Positions 1 through 10,432 of a stretch of 64,000 nucleotides of DNA are shown here, piece after piece. Source of the DNA: a marine bacterium AO1-C (lineage in GTDB: Bacteria; Bacteroidota; Bacteroidia; Cytophagales; Microscillaceae); contig MLAY01000008.1 of the NCBI GenBank assembly GCA_001890965.1, positions 424,341-488,340 on the forward strand, given 5' to 3'. The first letter of the stretch is position 1, and every line of letters starts with the position of its first letter. The position numbers and the translations under genes were made by a program. Under the pieces are notes generated by a model that did not search any database, was not told the origin of the DNA, and worked only from the letters and a program-made list of their open reading frames with translations.

Positions 1-1433
1 CGATTGAGAGTGGTTTACCTACCTTGTTGATTTATATTTTTGAACCGATTGTGCAAGAAAGTGCCGATTGGGACATTCGTCATTGGCAGTTTGTGTATCA
101 GTCTATAGAAGATTTGAATTTTGAGCTGGTCGACTACCAATCAAAGCTCCATTTTTTTCACTCCGAAACCCAGTCAGTATTCGAGCATATACTTTCTCAG
201 CACAAGATTCATCAGGTTTTTTCTTATCAGGAAACTGGTATTCAAGTAACCTATGATCGCGACAAGCAAATGAAGGCTTTCTTTGCTCAAAAAGGCATTG
301 AATGGGTGGAGTTTCAGAACAATGGGGTACTACGGGGCAAACAAAATCGTAAGGGGTGGAACAGAGCCTGGAATCAATTTATGCACCAGCCACTGGATAC
401 CCCCGAGCTGGATCAACTCCAAAACGTGGCATTTGAGGTAACAGATTTTGCTTTTTTGTTTGATTATGTCACCGGCCAAAAGGTGCACTTATATCCCAAA
501 AGCTACCAACCTGCGGGTATGCGCAGTGCCCAAAAATATCTCCGAACTTTTACCCAAAAACGGGTCAGTGAATACATTCAAAACTTATCGAAACCCGAAA
601 CCAGTCGCAAAAGCTGTAGTCGCTTATCGCCTTATTTGGCCTGGGGCAACTTAAGCGTGCGCCAGGTATACCAACATTGTCAAAATCAGTTGGCCAAATC
701 TTCTAAAAATAAGCGAAATATTGAGGCATTTTTAAGTCGCTTGCATTGGCATTGTCATTTTATCCAAAAGTTTGAAATGGAAGAACGGATGGAGTTTGAA
801 TCGGTAAATGATGGTTACCAACATCTGAAGCAACCTCGCAACAATGCGCATGTAGAAGCCTGGAAGAACGGACAAACGGGTTACCCTATAATAGATGCTT
901 GTATGCGTTGCCTCAAAGAAACGGGTTATCTCAATTTTCGGATGCGAGCCATGGTGGTATCGTTTCTCACCCATAATTTATGGCAACCCTGGCAAACCGG
1001 GGCTTATTATTTGGCCCAACAATTTTTGGATTACGAACCAGGCATTCATTTTCCACAATTTCAGATGCAGGCAGGGGTTACTGGGGTAAACACCATTCGA
1101 GTGTACAATCCCGTAAAGCAATCGCGTGAGCACGATCCTGATGCGGTGTTTATCAAAAAATGGGTGCCTGAACTCAAGACCATTCCAGCGGGTATTATCC
1201 ACGATCCCCGACAGATTACTGCTATTGAACAAACCTTCTATAACTGCTACATTGGCAAAGACTACCCTACCCCGATTGTAGACATTGAGAAAACCGCCAA
1301 ACAAGCCCAAGACCAATTGTATGCTATTAAGAAAACCGAAGTGGTACAGCGTGAAAATGAGCGTATTTTGGCCAAGCATGTGGTTAAGCGTAAAAAGACT
1401 ACCAAGGAAGGGGTGCAGGAAGTTGGGGGATAG
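1..1433 (+). CDS. Cryptochrome/photolyase-family protein, 5'-partial. The reading frame is open from window position 3 upstream of the annotated start. The C-terminal FAD-binding domain carries the TGYPIIDA...MRAMVVSFL motif.
   Basis: ORF 24..1433 with no in-frame stop back to the window edge; photolyase FAD-binding signature. Confidence 0.8.
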   Translation, partial: IESGLPTLLIYIFEPIVQESADWDIRHWQFVYQSIEDLNFELVDYQSKLHFFHSETQSVFEHILSQHKIHQVFSYQETGIQVTYDRDKQMKAFFAQKGIEWVEFQNNGVLRGKQNRKGWNRAWNQFMHQPLDTPELDQLQNVAFEVTDFAFLFDYVTGQKVHLYPKSYQPAGMRSAQKYLRTFTQKRVSEYIQNLSKPETSRKSCSRLSPYLAWGNLSVRQVYQHCQNQLAKSSKNKRNIEAFLSRLHWHCHFIQKFEMEERMEFESVNDGYQHLKQPRNNAHVEAWKNGQTGYPIIDACMRCLKETGYLNFRMRAMVVSFLTHNLWQPWQTGAYYLAQQFLDYEPGIHFPQFQMQAGVTGVNTIRVYNPVKQSREHDPDAVFIKKWVPELKTIPAGIIHDPRQITAIEQTFYNCYIGKDYPTPIVDIEKTAKQAQDQLYAIKKTEVVQRENERILAKHVVKRKKTTKEGVQEVGG

Positions 1434-1737
1434 TTTTAGGTGTTATTTTGCGTATTTAATCACAAGAGCAACTGCTCAGCTCGAGCTTTGTATATCTAGT
1501 CATACCTCTTCTCCTGTACTGACAGCACATTTATATAAAACACTGATTATTAACTATTTGAAATAATATTAGATGTACGTATTTTGTCACCCTGAGGTCT
1601 GCTTGAAGAGCAACTACCAGATACCTCGGCAAGCTCGGTATGACAAACGCTTGCGTCATCTATATTAATGTATTTAAATATCAGAATCTGGAATGACAAC
1701 CCTTAACTTTTGATTATTTATATCAGAACATAAAGAA

Positions 1738-1771
1738 GAAACCTGACTACAAGACTGCAATCAGGTTTTTT
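1738..1771. terminator. Bidirectional Rho-independent terminator between convergent genes
   Basis: aacctgactacaagactgcaatcaggtt stem followed by TTTTTT. Confidence 0.6.
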
Positions 1772-1791
1772 CACTATTAAACGAGCCAAAC

Positions 1792-4311
1792 TTATTTCAC
1801 TTCAAATTTGTAAGTTCCCAATATCACTTTACCCTTCTGGGTCATGCCTTCTACTTCTATTCTATAATTAGCCGATTCGTCGGAGGTAAAAAAGGCTACC
1901 TGGGCTTTACCGTCTTTGTCTAAGGTCACGTTGGGTTTCCAGTACAAAATGCGACGATAATCCAGTTGATCTTTGGAGATTTTTTCAACATCATACTTGG
2001 GCACATAAAACTCTCTCGCTTTCGAATACCCAGGGTGAAACATATTGACTACTGTACCATTAATATTGCTTTCTTCCACAATGCCTGCCCGATCTTTGGT
2101 GTACACTGCCAAAACTCCATTAAAGCCCCTGAAACCATAGATGGCAGCCCGTGAAGTAGATAGTACATCTACATAGGCAATATCTTCTACTCGTATTAAC
2201 GACAAAAATCTATTACTTATGGGGGTATCATCTAACAAAAGCATTGGACAACCTCCACGAATAGACACGCTCTGATAAGGAAATGTTCCCCGTACCCTTA
2301 GTTGAGCTACTCTACCTTGGAGCACATCGAAAATTGAGAGTGCTGAATTTATTATGCCAACATCAAGTTTTGTAAAGTCCACCGTATTGGTCGAATTCAT
2401 ATGTATTTTAGAGAGAATTCTGGCGGGGCGACTACTGGTTACTTTCACCTCTTTCAACAACATTACTTCTGGCTCTAAACCATGTACCGCATTGATACGA
2501 TTGATTTTGTGGGTACGATCCAGCAATGCATCTTTGTTGATAATGGTAGGTGATGCATTCGCAAAATAATTGTTAGGCACAGCACTTGGAAATACATTTA
2601 TGTCTTCCAACTTCACAAAAATGTTGGTCTTCTTCTCCTTGATCTTATTTTTTCTCTTTTTCTTAACCAAGCGTACTCCTGTAAATACCAAATTGGTGGT
2701 ATCTTCTATAGGTACATCTTTCAATACAAACAGTCCATTCTTATCGGTGTTTGCTTCTCCTGCCAGTTGTATGTTTTGCTGTGATGTAAACTGTACTTTC
2801 CCTGAAATAACCTTGTCTTCGACATATAGTTTGTACAAACGACCTTTGATCGTAAACCCACCCTCTCGCTCGTATTTCAGTGGACGTAGCGCTAATTGCG
2901 GCATATCGTTCCACTTAAACCTTCTCCAGCCTTGGGTCATCATTAGCAAATCCATTACCTCATGACGGTTTTTATTTTCTTTATTAAAATAATATTCTGG
3001 ATGCTCGATGTGCCCTTTCAAGTCAGACTTGAGCCACATATAATTCTGAATATTCATTTTCTTAGCCTGAGAGGTCTCCAAATCTGTTCGTACAATTGCC
3101 AAAGAAGCCTGACCTTGCACTGGATTTCCCGCAGCATCTTTTAACTCAAGGTCAAAAACTGCCTTTTTCCGATGAGCGAACTTGGTGTCTTTTGAGGTAA
3201 TTGCTACTTTTTGCAAATCTTTTGGGTTTTCTACAAATACCAGTCTTTCGCACTGAGGAACTTTGTTGGCATCGAACAAGGTAAGGTGTATAATACCTGA
3301 AGGAAGGTTCTTTTTGGGAATGCGCCACACAAAACCGGGAGCTGCTTGCTTGTAGGTATGCTTTCCAATCACCTTTCCTCGCACATGCGCTACCACACTG
3401 CTTTGCTCTATAGAATAACCATTACTCACCTGACTCATCACCTGAATGTACTCATCGGTGGAGGTTACTTGCATTTTATGTCCTATGTTTTTACCCTCAG
3501 GCAACGTAAAACCATATTTTTTACCTTGGTAGGTAATCACTGCAGTGTAGGATTGTTGAGGCTTGGGAATGAACATAAACTTACCCATTCCAAACTTTAC
3601 ACTGGAAAAACGAGTCAACTCTTTGCCCTGATTATCTACTATTTTGCCTTGTACTTCTACTCCTTTTCCAGTATGGTCTATGGCCTTGAATGCTACCTGA
3701 TTGGCTAAGTTATCAAGCATTTGTCCTCCTTCGGGGAAAAACTGCATATCGAGATTGAACTTTGTCTTGGGTGATTTTACAACAGTGGTTGATTTCTTAT
3801 TTTTGGTGTCTTCTGTTAAACCTTTAGCTGCTTGATAAGTCTGTGCATCTTTAATAGTTAATACTTTAATTTTCTTGGTAAAAAAGTATTCAAGATCAAA
3901 GTTTTGCATATAACGGGTATAGGCTCTTATCACATATTCGCCCTTGGGCTGATCAAAGGGGATTTTGAAATTACCAGCACCTACACCATTAGCAACTTTC
4001 ACATAACGCTTTAGCACAATTTCTTTCTGCTGATTAATTAGCTCTACATAAGCAATAGTTTGGGAAGCAATGAGTGCATGCGAAGTCGCATTGACCAAAT
4101 ATGCATTGAACCAAACCTGGTCGCCTGCTACATAGCTTGAGCGATCGGTGTGTAAATAAAGCTTCTCTTGGGTTTGTTTTTGATGAAGCTGGTTCAACTG
4201 TTTTGCGGGGTCATTTAATACATTCTCTTGAGCCATTATTGCTGCCGAACACAGGACTAGCAATAACGCTATTGAACATTTAGTAATACTGGGCCGAATG
4301 GGTTCTCTCAT
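1792..4311 (-). CDS. Large secreted protein with a C-terminal TonB-dependent-receptor plug domain and no obvious beta-barrel; it is MG2/carboxypeptidase-regulatory-like followed by a plug
   Basis: Signal peptide; C-terminal block IRGGCPMLLLDDTPISN...IYGFRGFNGVLAVYTK is plug-like. Confidence 0.55.
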   Translation of the reverse strand: MREPIRPSITKCSIALLLVLCSAAIMAQENVLNDPAKQLNQLHQKQTQEKLYLHTDRSSYVAGDQVWFNAYLVNATSHALIASQTIAYVELINQQKEIVLKRYVKVANGVGAGNFKIPFDQPKGEYVIRAYTRYMQNFDLEYFFTKKIKVLTIKDAQTYQAAKGLTEDTKNKKSTTVVKSPKTKFNLDMQFFPEGGQMLDNLANQVAFKAIDHTGKGVEVQGKIVDNQGKELTRFSSVKFGMGKFMFIPKPQQSYTAVITYQGKKYGFTLPEGKNIGHKMQVTSTDEYIQVMSQVSNGYSIEQSSVVAHVRGKVIGKHTYKQAAPGFVWRIPKKNLPSGIIHLTLFDANKVPQCERLVFVENPKDLQKVAITSKDTKFAHRKKAVFDLELKDAAGNPVQGQASLAIVRTDLETSQAKKMNIQNYMWLKSDLKGHIEHPEYYFNKENKNRHEVMDLLMMTQGWRRFKWNDMPQLALRPLKYEREGGFTIKGRLYKLYVEDKVISGKVQFTSQQNIQLAGEANTDKNGLFVLKDVPIEDTTNLVFTGVRLVKKKRKNKIKEKKTNIFVKLEDINVFPSAVPNNYFANASPTIINKDALLDRTHKINRINAVHGLEPEVMLLKEVKVTSSRPARILSKIHMNSTNTVDFTKLDVGIINSALSIFDVLQGRVAQLRVRGTFPYQSVSIRGGCPMLLLDDTPISNRFLSLIRVEDIAYVDVLSTSRAAIYGFRGFNGVLAVYTKDRAGIVEESNINGTVVNMFHPGYSKAREFYVPKYDVEKISKDQLDYRRILYWKPNVTLDKDGKAQVAFFTSDESANYRIEVEGMTQKGKVILGTYKFEVK

Positions 4312-4992
4312 AAAATTTATATTTGGGTAAAATCAAGAAGTTTAGTAAATGGGATGTGTATACTTATAGGATTGTATAATTGAAATATCGCCCCTATAAA
4401 GATTGTTTAAAATTACAATTGACAGGCAACCTGATCATATTCCAGTATAACAGTGAGGCTAAATATAAGTGGTTAATGATGTGTTTCATGTGGGTAGTTG
4501 TTTTAGAATTTAGATGAATTTATTTTTATGATCTTATAGTGAAGATAGGTTATCAAATTCATCGCCCCTATATCAAAAATTGGTTTTATAGATTCGAGGG
4601 GATTTTGTAGAGGAAGTATGACTTATTTTTATATCAAAAGTATTTTTATTTGATTTTGCAGGTAAAGTGAAAATATGCTTCTCAACACAATCATTTCTTG
4701 AGCACTTGTTCTCTACTAGCCCAGAACCTTGTTTGAATTTTTATTTCACAATTAACTCAAAACACCAAATTAAACCTTCCAAAAATCCTTATTTAGGTCG
4801 TCTATGTTTTGTCTATGCGCGAAAATTGTCTCTCCCACAAGTGACCTATAATTTTGCTCTTAATAAAAAATCAGTTTTAAGTAAATAAATGAGTGAATTC
4901 AACATTACGTGCTCCTTCGGTGGTAGGAAGGGGCACTAAAATGTTGTAAAACTTCTTAAATACTGAAAGCACATCAATAGCATTTTAGGTAT

Positions 4993-5748
4993 ATGAAATC
5001 ACTGATTAGATCGTCTCTGTATGTCCTTCTTTTTTTGAGTATTATGGTATTCTCTTCCTGCAATCAGGAAAGTGCTGACCCAACTCCTACCTCAAACCAA
5101 ACAATTGGTAGAATATTACCCATAGGAGCCTCGAGGGTGCAAGGCAAGCGCCCTGATCATGAAAGCTACCGATACGACTTGTGGAAAATGCTGGTAAATG
5201 CTGAGAAGAATTTTGATTTTATAGGCTCTCAAATAGATGAAAGTACTTATCTAACTTTTCAAGGAAAGGAGTTTGACAAAGAACATCAAGGTCGGGGCGG
5301 ATTTACCTCAGTGCAAATTCTTGAATTGTTGAGAAACACTATAGACCAGATAGTGGCCGAGTTGGGTGTTCCTGATGTAGTTTTATTGGGAACCCCTGGC
5401 GGAAACGATGGATTGCAAGGTTTACCCTTTGAAAACGCGGTACAAAACACCCACGCCATCATTGATTTGCTCCAGGCAACGAATCCTAATGTAACCATCA
5501 TTATAGAACAAGCGGCTCCCCCTCGCTCCACTTTGAGCAAGGAGTTGATCGCAGATAATGAGCGTATGAACGAAGAAGTCATAAACATTGCAGCAGCTCA
5601 AACCACCAGTACCTCCAAAGTGATCACAGTAGATATGTACACAGGTTTTAGCGATGCCCTTTTAGCCGATGGGGTACACTATAATGCTGCTGGTGCCAGG
5701 TTTATCGCAGAACGATATTTTGAGACACTCAATAACCTTACAGATTAA
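4993..5748 (+). CDS. SGNH/GDSL-family hydrolase lipoprotein
   Basis: Lipobox ...FSSC; DGVHYN block; 251 aa. Confidence 0.7.
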   Translation: MKSLIRSSLYVLLFLSIMVFSSCNQESADPTPTSNQTIGRILPIGASRVQGKRPDHESYRYDLWKMLVNAEKNFDFIGSQIDESTYLTFQGKEFDKEHQGRGGFTSVQILELLRNTIDQIVAELGVPDVVLLGTPGGNDGLQGLPFENAVQNTHAIIDLLQATNPNVTIIIEQAAPPRSTLSKELIADNERMNEEVINIAAAQTTSTSKVITVDMYTGFSDALLADGVHYNAAGARFIAERYFETLNNLTD

Positions 5749-5846
5749 ACTGGTTGATGTCACAAATTGACCAGAAAACAACTACTGATATTGTATCCAA
5801 CATCTAGCAAAATCTATATTTTTTATTACCCAAATTAGTATTACAC

Positions 5847-6686
5847 ATGAGAATTCTTACAAAGTTTACCCAGGTAGCTTTAGTAGCTACTCTATGTTGC
5901 ACCTTTGCCTGTACGCAAACTGAACAACGTCCTCAGGATGAGATTCCACCTGAAGTTTTAGCCAAAATAAAAACCATGGGCTTTTCTACCGAAGGAGTGC
6001 TCAAAGCAGACGATGGCTATATTGTGGAACGTGATATTTTTATCCCAGTAGAGCGTTTAGGCGAACAATATGAAAACCCCTTAGTGCTTCGAGCAGGTCA
6101 GGAAGAGCAATATCGCACTACCAATGTAGTCAATACCAATGGTGGACGAGTGGTTACGATCTACTTGGACACTCGTTTCAACAGCAATTACCAAACTGCT
6201 TTGCAAGGGGCCATTGGAGCTTACAATAACCTTAATCTGGACCTCAGTTTTCAGCAAACCAATAATGAATCTGGTGCCGATATTCGCATCACTCGTTTGA
6301 ATCGTTTTCTGGAGCTTTTTGGAGTACTAGGTTCAGCTGGATTCCCTACTGCCTCTGGCGATCCATTCAATAGGATCCAACTAAGTGGTGTAATGGAATC
6401 GTCGTTTGGCTACTCTATAGGGGCTATTGCTACTGTAATTGGCCACGAAATAGGCCATTGTATTGGTTTTCGTCATACCGATTATTTCGATCGTTCTATC
6501 AGTTGTGGTGGGGCTACCGATCCTGAACCAGCAGCACCAGAGGGCGCTATTCTTATTCCAGGTACTCCTTCAGGGGCAAATTTGGCCGATGCATCCTGGA
6601 TGCTTGCTTGCTCAGATGGCAGCACCCGTCGTTTCAATGCAGATGATATTACAGCACTTAATTGGATGTATAAAGACAACTTTTAA
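5847..6686 (+). CDS. Dual-action HEIGH zinc metallopeptidase (M57 family) lipoprotein
   Basis: VIGHEIGHCIGFRHTD motif; lipoprotein signal. Confidence 0.75.
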   Translation: MRILTKFTQVALVATLCCTFACTQTEQRPQDEIPPEVLAKIKTMGFSTEGVLKADDGYIVERDIFIPVERLGEQYENPLVLRAGQEEQYRTTNVVNTNGGRVVTIYLDTRFNSNYQTALQGAIGAYNNLNLDLSFQQTNNESGADIRITRLNRFLELFGVLGSAGFPTASGDPFNRIQLSGVMESSFGYSIGAIATVIGHEIGHCIGFRHTDYFDRSISCGGATDPEPAAPEGAILIPGTPSGANLADASWMLACSDGSTRRFNADDITALNWMYKDNF

Positions 6687-6766
6687 ATTCCTCCCAGTTG
6701 ATATACTTACTTTTAATAAGCGAACAAAAGCCTTCACAATTTTGTGGGGGCTTTTATGTTTTGCCA

Positions 6767-7621
6767 CTATACCATTTTGACAATAAATTCTGCCAGTTTT
6801 TGTTTACCCTCGATGCCTATCTTTTTCTTGATACGGTAATGATGGGTAATGACACTCGAGGCTGAAATATTAAATATGTGGGCAATCTCATTATTGGAAA
6901 GACCAATCTTTAGGTAAGCACAATGACGCATATCGGTTTGGCTCAAAGATGGACATTTTTTCAATAATAGATTGAAAAAATTGGGATGTACATTCTCAAA
7001 ATGCACCTTAAATATTTCCCATTCATTTTCCATATTCAGGCTCCCTTCAATTTCTTTTTCTATGGCCCTCATTTCGGTTTTCAAATTAGCTGGTAGCTTA
7101 TAGGCAATCTTATGCACCTTATCCTGAATATTCCCCAGCAATTGTTTCTTTTGGATAATCTCGATGGTTTTACTACTCAACTCCCGATTTTTTTGATCTT
7201 CTATAATCTGACGTTGCTCTTTGACCATACGCAATGTCCGATACATTTTGAGGGTAGATTCTACCCGCGCATATAGCTCAATGTAGTTCAAAGGTTTTGG
7301 TATAAAATCGTCTGCACCTACATTAAAAGCCTTTTTTAGGTTTTCAGGTGTGGTATTTATTCCAGTAATAATGATTACTGGCAGGTGTTTGGTCTTTGGG
7401 TTGATCTTCATCGTCTGAATAAGATCGATCCCGTTCATTACTGGCATTTCCCAATCTGTGATTACAAGTTCTGGTAGTTTTTGCTCCAGAATCTTAAGGG
7501 CAATGGCTCCATTAGCCGCCGATTGTACCCGATATCCTTTAGGGCTTCTCCCTAAATGATAGTTCAATGTTTTCAATCCCTCTTTGTCATCATCTACAAT
7601 AAGTATGGTATTTTTTTCCAT
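6767..7621 (-). CDS. Response regulator with a receiver domain and a LuxR-type HTH
   Basis: N-terminal receiver (ILIVDDD...ITDWEMP); C-terminal LuxR HTH. Confidence 0.8.
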   Translation of the reverse strand: MEKNTILIVDDDKEGLKTLNYHLGRSPKGYRVQSAANGAIALKILEQKLPELVITDWEMPVMNGIDLIQTMKINPKTKHLPVIIITGINTTPENLKKAFNVGADDFIPKPLNYIELYARVESTLKMYRTLRMVKEQRQIIEDQKNRELSSKTIEIIQKKQLLGNIQDKVHKIAYKLPANLKTEMRAIEKEIEGSLNMENEWEIFKVHFENVHPNFFNLLLKKCPSLSQTDMRHCAYLKIGLSNNEIAHIFNISASSVITHHYRIKKKIGIEGKQKLAEFIVKMV

Positions 7622-7765
7622 TTACAGGTAGATATTTAATTATGGTAATATTTGTCTTGCGCTTTATTTTTAAGATTAAAAAGCCGTATGGACTAGCAAT
7701 CAGTAAATCCAATAAAAGTCATTTATTTTACCATTTTTTTCTCTAAAAAACCAACTTCATCCAGC

Positions 7766-10417
7766 TTAAACTACCTCCATCAATTCCTGGTATCTTGTTT
7801 CGTTGTAGGCATACAGGGAGTCCTCTACTTCTATTTTCCAGCGCTGCATGGTTTCACTTGAGTTGCTTTCGATGGTGTTCAAAACATCCAGAATATCAGA
7901 GGTTTCATAAAAAGGATGTTGTTTGAGTTGTGATATCAAAGCAATGAGTAGTTGCCTGTCTTGAGTATTAAAATCAAACTCCTTGGTTTCGGCATATTGC
8001 AACTCAAGCGAAGTAGGCGCAACACTTGCCAACTGTTTACTCAGAGGAATGGTAAACCAAAAGGTAGCACCTTGACCCAGTGTAGACTCTACCCCTATTT
8101 GTCCTCGATGCATTTCTACCGCCAGTTTGCAGAAGGTAAGTCCCAGGCCAGTAGAACCTTTGAAGCTTTTGCTGGCAGGGGCGGCTTGTTGAAACCTATC
8201 AAATATTTTATCCAAATTCTCCGTGGCAATTCCAGTTCCGTTGTCAGTCACAGATATTTTGCAATACTGATCGGTGGTGATGGCTGCTTGGAGCAAAATT
8301 TCCCCACTTTGGGGTGCATACTTGGTCGCATTGGTAAGCAGGTTTACCAACACTCTGGTGATAAGGTCGGTGTCTACAGCTAGTTCTACCTCAGAGGAAG
8401 CCTGCATATGCACTTGTAGTTTTTTATCTTGAATGGGGAAACGCACCTGATAACAAGCTTCTTGTAACAATTGGGCTACTTGTATCACTCCCTTTTTCAA
8501 AGTCATTTGGGCCTCTTCCATTTTTTGCACATCCAAAATGTTCATTACCAGTGTTTGCATACGTCTACCCGCCTGATTGATAGACACATAAGCAGACTCT
8601 AGTCTGGCATCGGAAAGTCCAATAATGGAGTTCAGGGGATTTTTAAGGTCGTGCACAATCATTCCTAGCATTTGCTGTTTGAACCGATCTAAGTTTTGCA
8701 GCTGTCGGTTTACCTTACCCAATATTCGGTTGTTTTGTCGTTGTCTTAAATAGAATAACAATAGTACAAAAACCAACACTATCGCAAACAACACCCCTTG
8801 TCTTTGTTGTCTCAGTTCTTGCTGTTGAATCCTTTTTTCAGCCTCAAGCTTTTCCAGCTTTCGGCGGCTTTGGGCTTCCTGAATCTTTTGCTCATTGGTT
8901 TTTCGCTCCAGTTCCAGCGTAGCCAGAGTTTTATCTCGGGCTAAGTTGGCTTCTCTTAGTTTTCCTTGGCTAATTTCCAGTGCTTGTTGCTGGCGTATCT
9001 TATCTAATATGGCTTTTTGAAAAATCGCATCATCCAGTTCTTTTTTTCTTTTCAACAAGGAGAGTTCTTGTCGCTGAATCTTAATCAGGTTATTTTTAAT
9101 CAACAGGTTTTTCTGCTGAGCAGCTTGCTTATCTTTTAGCTCCTGCAACTGACGCTGTTCGGCCAACAAAGTTTTAATTCTACGCTCTTGCTGATCCATC
9201 AATACCTGATTGTAAGATACTTGCTGGGCTGCTTTCTGTTGATCTACTTGCTGCTGGCGCAACAACTCCTGGTATTTTTTCTTATACTCTTCTGCTCTTT
9301 TATTATCTCTTTCTTGGGCATAAATACGTCTCAATAAATCGTAACTGGTGAGCAACACACTCCAAGCCCGTTTTGGCTCTGCAATGACGATGGCTTGCCT
9401 TACTTCTTTTTTGGCTTGAAAATTATTTCCACTGATATAATAATTGGAGCCAGCAAAGTTGTGAACCTCTGCCCGCTTGATGCTGCTTTTGGATACTACC
9501 TGAGCCGCCTGTCGGAAACTTTTGGTAGCTCGATTAAATGATTGCTGATTGATATGCGCCACTCCTGTATTGACCCATAAAGTCGCCTGAGCCGCTTTTG
9601 ATATTTGTAAGTTTTTTTTCTTGACCAACTCCGACGAAAGCCTAAAATAATTCATAGCCGTCACCAAATCTCCACTACGTTTGTACAAAAAGCCCAAGGC
9701 ATTATACACGCCCGCTACCTGATGCCAGTCTTTTGCTTGTTGGTATAGCTTGAGTAAGGTGAGGTTGTATCGAATCGCCAAGTCATAAGATTTACCCGCA
9801 GACGATACGGCTGTCAATTGCTCCAGAGTTTTAATTATTTCGGGCTGGTTTCGCTCTTTCCGATGCATTCCCAGCAACCTTTCATAAAACTGTCGGGATT
9901 GCTCATAATCCTTCAACATGTAATTACAAAAAGCAATGCCCTCAATATTCGTGATCGCATCTGCATACTTGTTTTTTTGTCTTAACTGGTATGAATTGCG
10001 GAAGTATTGTAAAGCTTTTTTATACAATTGGTACTTTTTCAAAAATGCCCCCAAGGCATCGTATAACTTCACCACCTGAAAGTCCATATTATACAACTGA
10101 CTCAGGTTTTCTACTTGTAAATAATGGGTGAAGGCCTCCGCAGTTTTATCAGTTTCAGTATACAGTTTGCCTAATAATAGTAGTGTTTCTACTTTGTTTT
10201 GCACCAGCAAGTGTTGATCGCTCAACTTCAGTGCTTGTTTGCCATAATTAACAGCTTGTGCATATTGTTTTTGGGTGATGGCGCCTTCCAATTGTGCATT
10301 GAGTTGTAGTACTTTTAGGGAATCGGTCTGTTTATCGTCTTGAGCAAAAAGGGGATTTATCAAAAAACAACCCAACAAAATTGCTTTGAGAAAGGCGTAT
10401 ATAAAGTATTTCTTCAT
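7766..10417 (-). CDS. Sensor histidine kinase with periplasmic TPR repeats and a long coiled coil
   Basis: Signal peptide, TPR repeats, one TM, HisKA (MIVHDLKNPLN) and HATPase_c (DNGTGI...GLGLTF). Confidence 0.85.
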   Translation of the reverse strand: MKKYFIYAFLKAILLGCFLINPLFAQDDKQTDSLKVLQLNAQLEGAITQKQYAQAVNYGKQALKLSDQHLLVQNKVETLLLLGKLYTETDKTAEAFTHYLQVENLSQLYNMDFQVVKLYDALGAFLKKYQLYKKALQYFRNSYQLRQKNKYADAITNIEGIAFCNYMLKDYEQSRQFYERLLGMHRKERNQPEIIKTLEQLTAVSSAGKSYDLAIRYNLTLLKLYQQAKDWHQVAGVYNALGFLYKRSGDLVTAMNYFRLSSELVKKKNLQISKAAQATLWVNTGVAHINQQSFNRATKSFRQAAQVVSKSSIKRAEVHNFAGSNYYISGNNFQAKKEVRQAIVIAEPKRAWSVLLTSYDLLRRIYAQERDNKRAEEYKKKYQELLRQQQVDQQKAAQQVSYNQVLMDQQERRIKTLLAEQRQLQELKDKQAAQQKNLLIKNNLIKIQRQELSLLKRKKELDDAIFQKAILDKIRQQQALEISQGKLREANLARDKTLATLELERKTNEQKIQEAQSRRKLEKLEAEKRIQQQELRQQRQGVLFAIVLVFVLLLFYLRQRQNNRILGKVNRQLQNLDRFKQQMLGMIVHDLKNPLNSIIGLSDARLESAYVSINQAGRRMQTLVMNILDVQKMEEAQMTLKKGVIQVAQLLQEACYQVRFPIQDKKLQVHMQASSEVELAVDTDLITRVLVNLLTNATKYAPQSGEILLQAAITTDQYCKISVTDNGTGIATENLDKIFDRFQQAAPASKSFKGSTGLGLTFCKLAVEMHRGQIGVESTLGQGATFWFTIPLSKQLASVAPTSLELQYAETKEFDFNTQDRQLLIALISQLKQHPFYETSDILDVLNTIESNSSETMQRWKIEVEDSLYAYNETRYQELMEVV

Positions 10418-10432
10418 TATACATTCTATTAC

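Noticed and set aside
4667-4888. Small ORFs in AT-rich intergenic regions (4667..4888, 1285..1566, 14677..14874)
   Set aside because: They are short and low-complexity, with no Shine-Dalgarno-like context or domain signatures. They overlap the regulatory motif or the leader regions.
7952-8383. Antisense and nested ORFs inside larger genes (for example 7952..8383, 13699..14016, 2570..2965, 56855..57490, 62548..63498)
   Set aside because: They lie wholly within well-supported genes on the opposite strand or in another frame and have no recognisable motifs. They are artefacts of the six-frame track.
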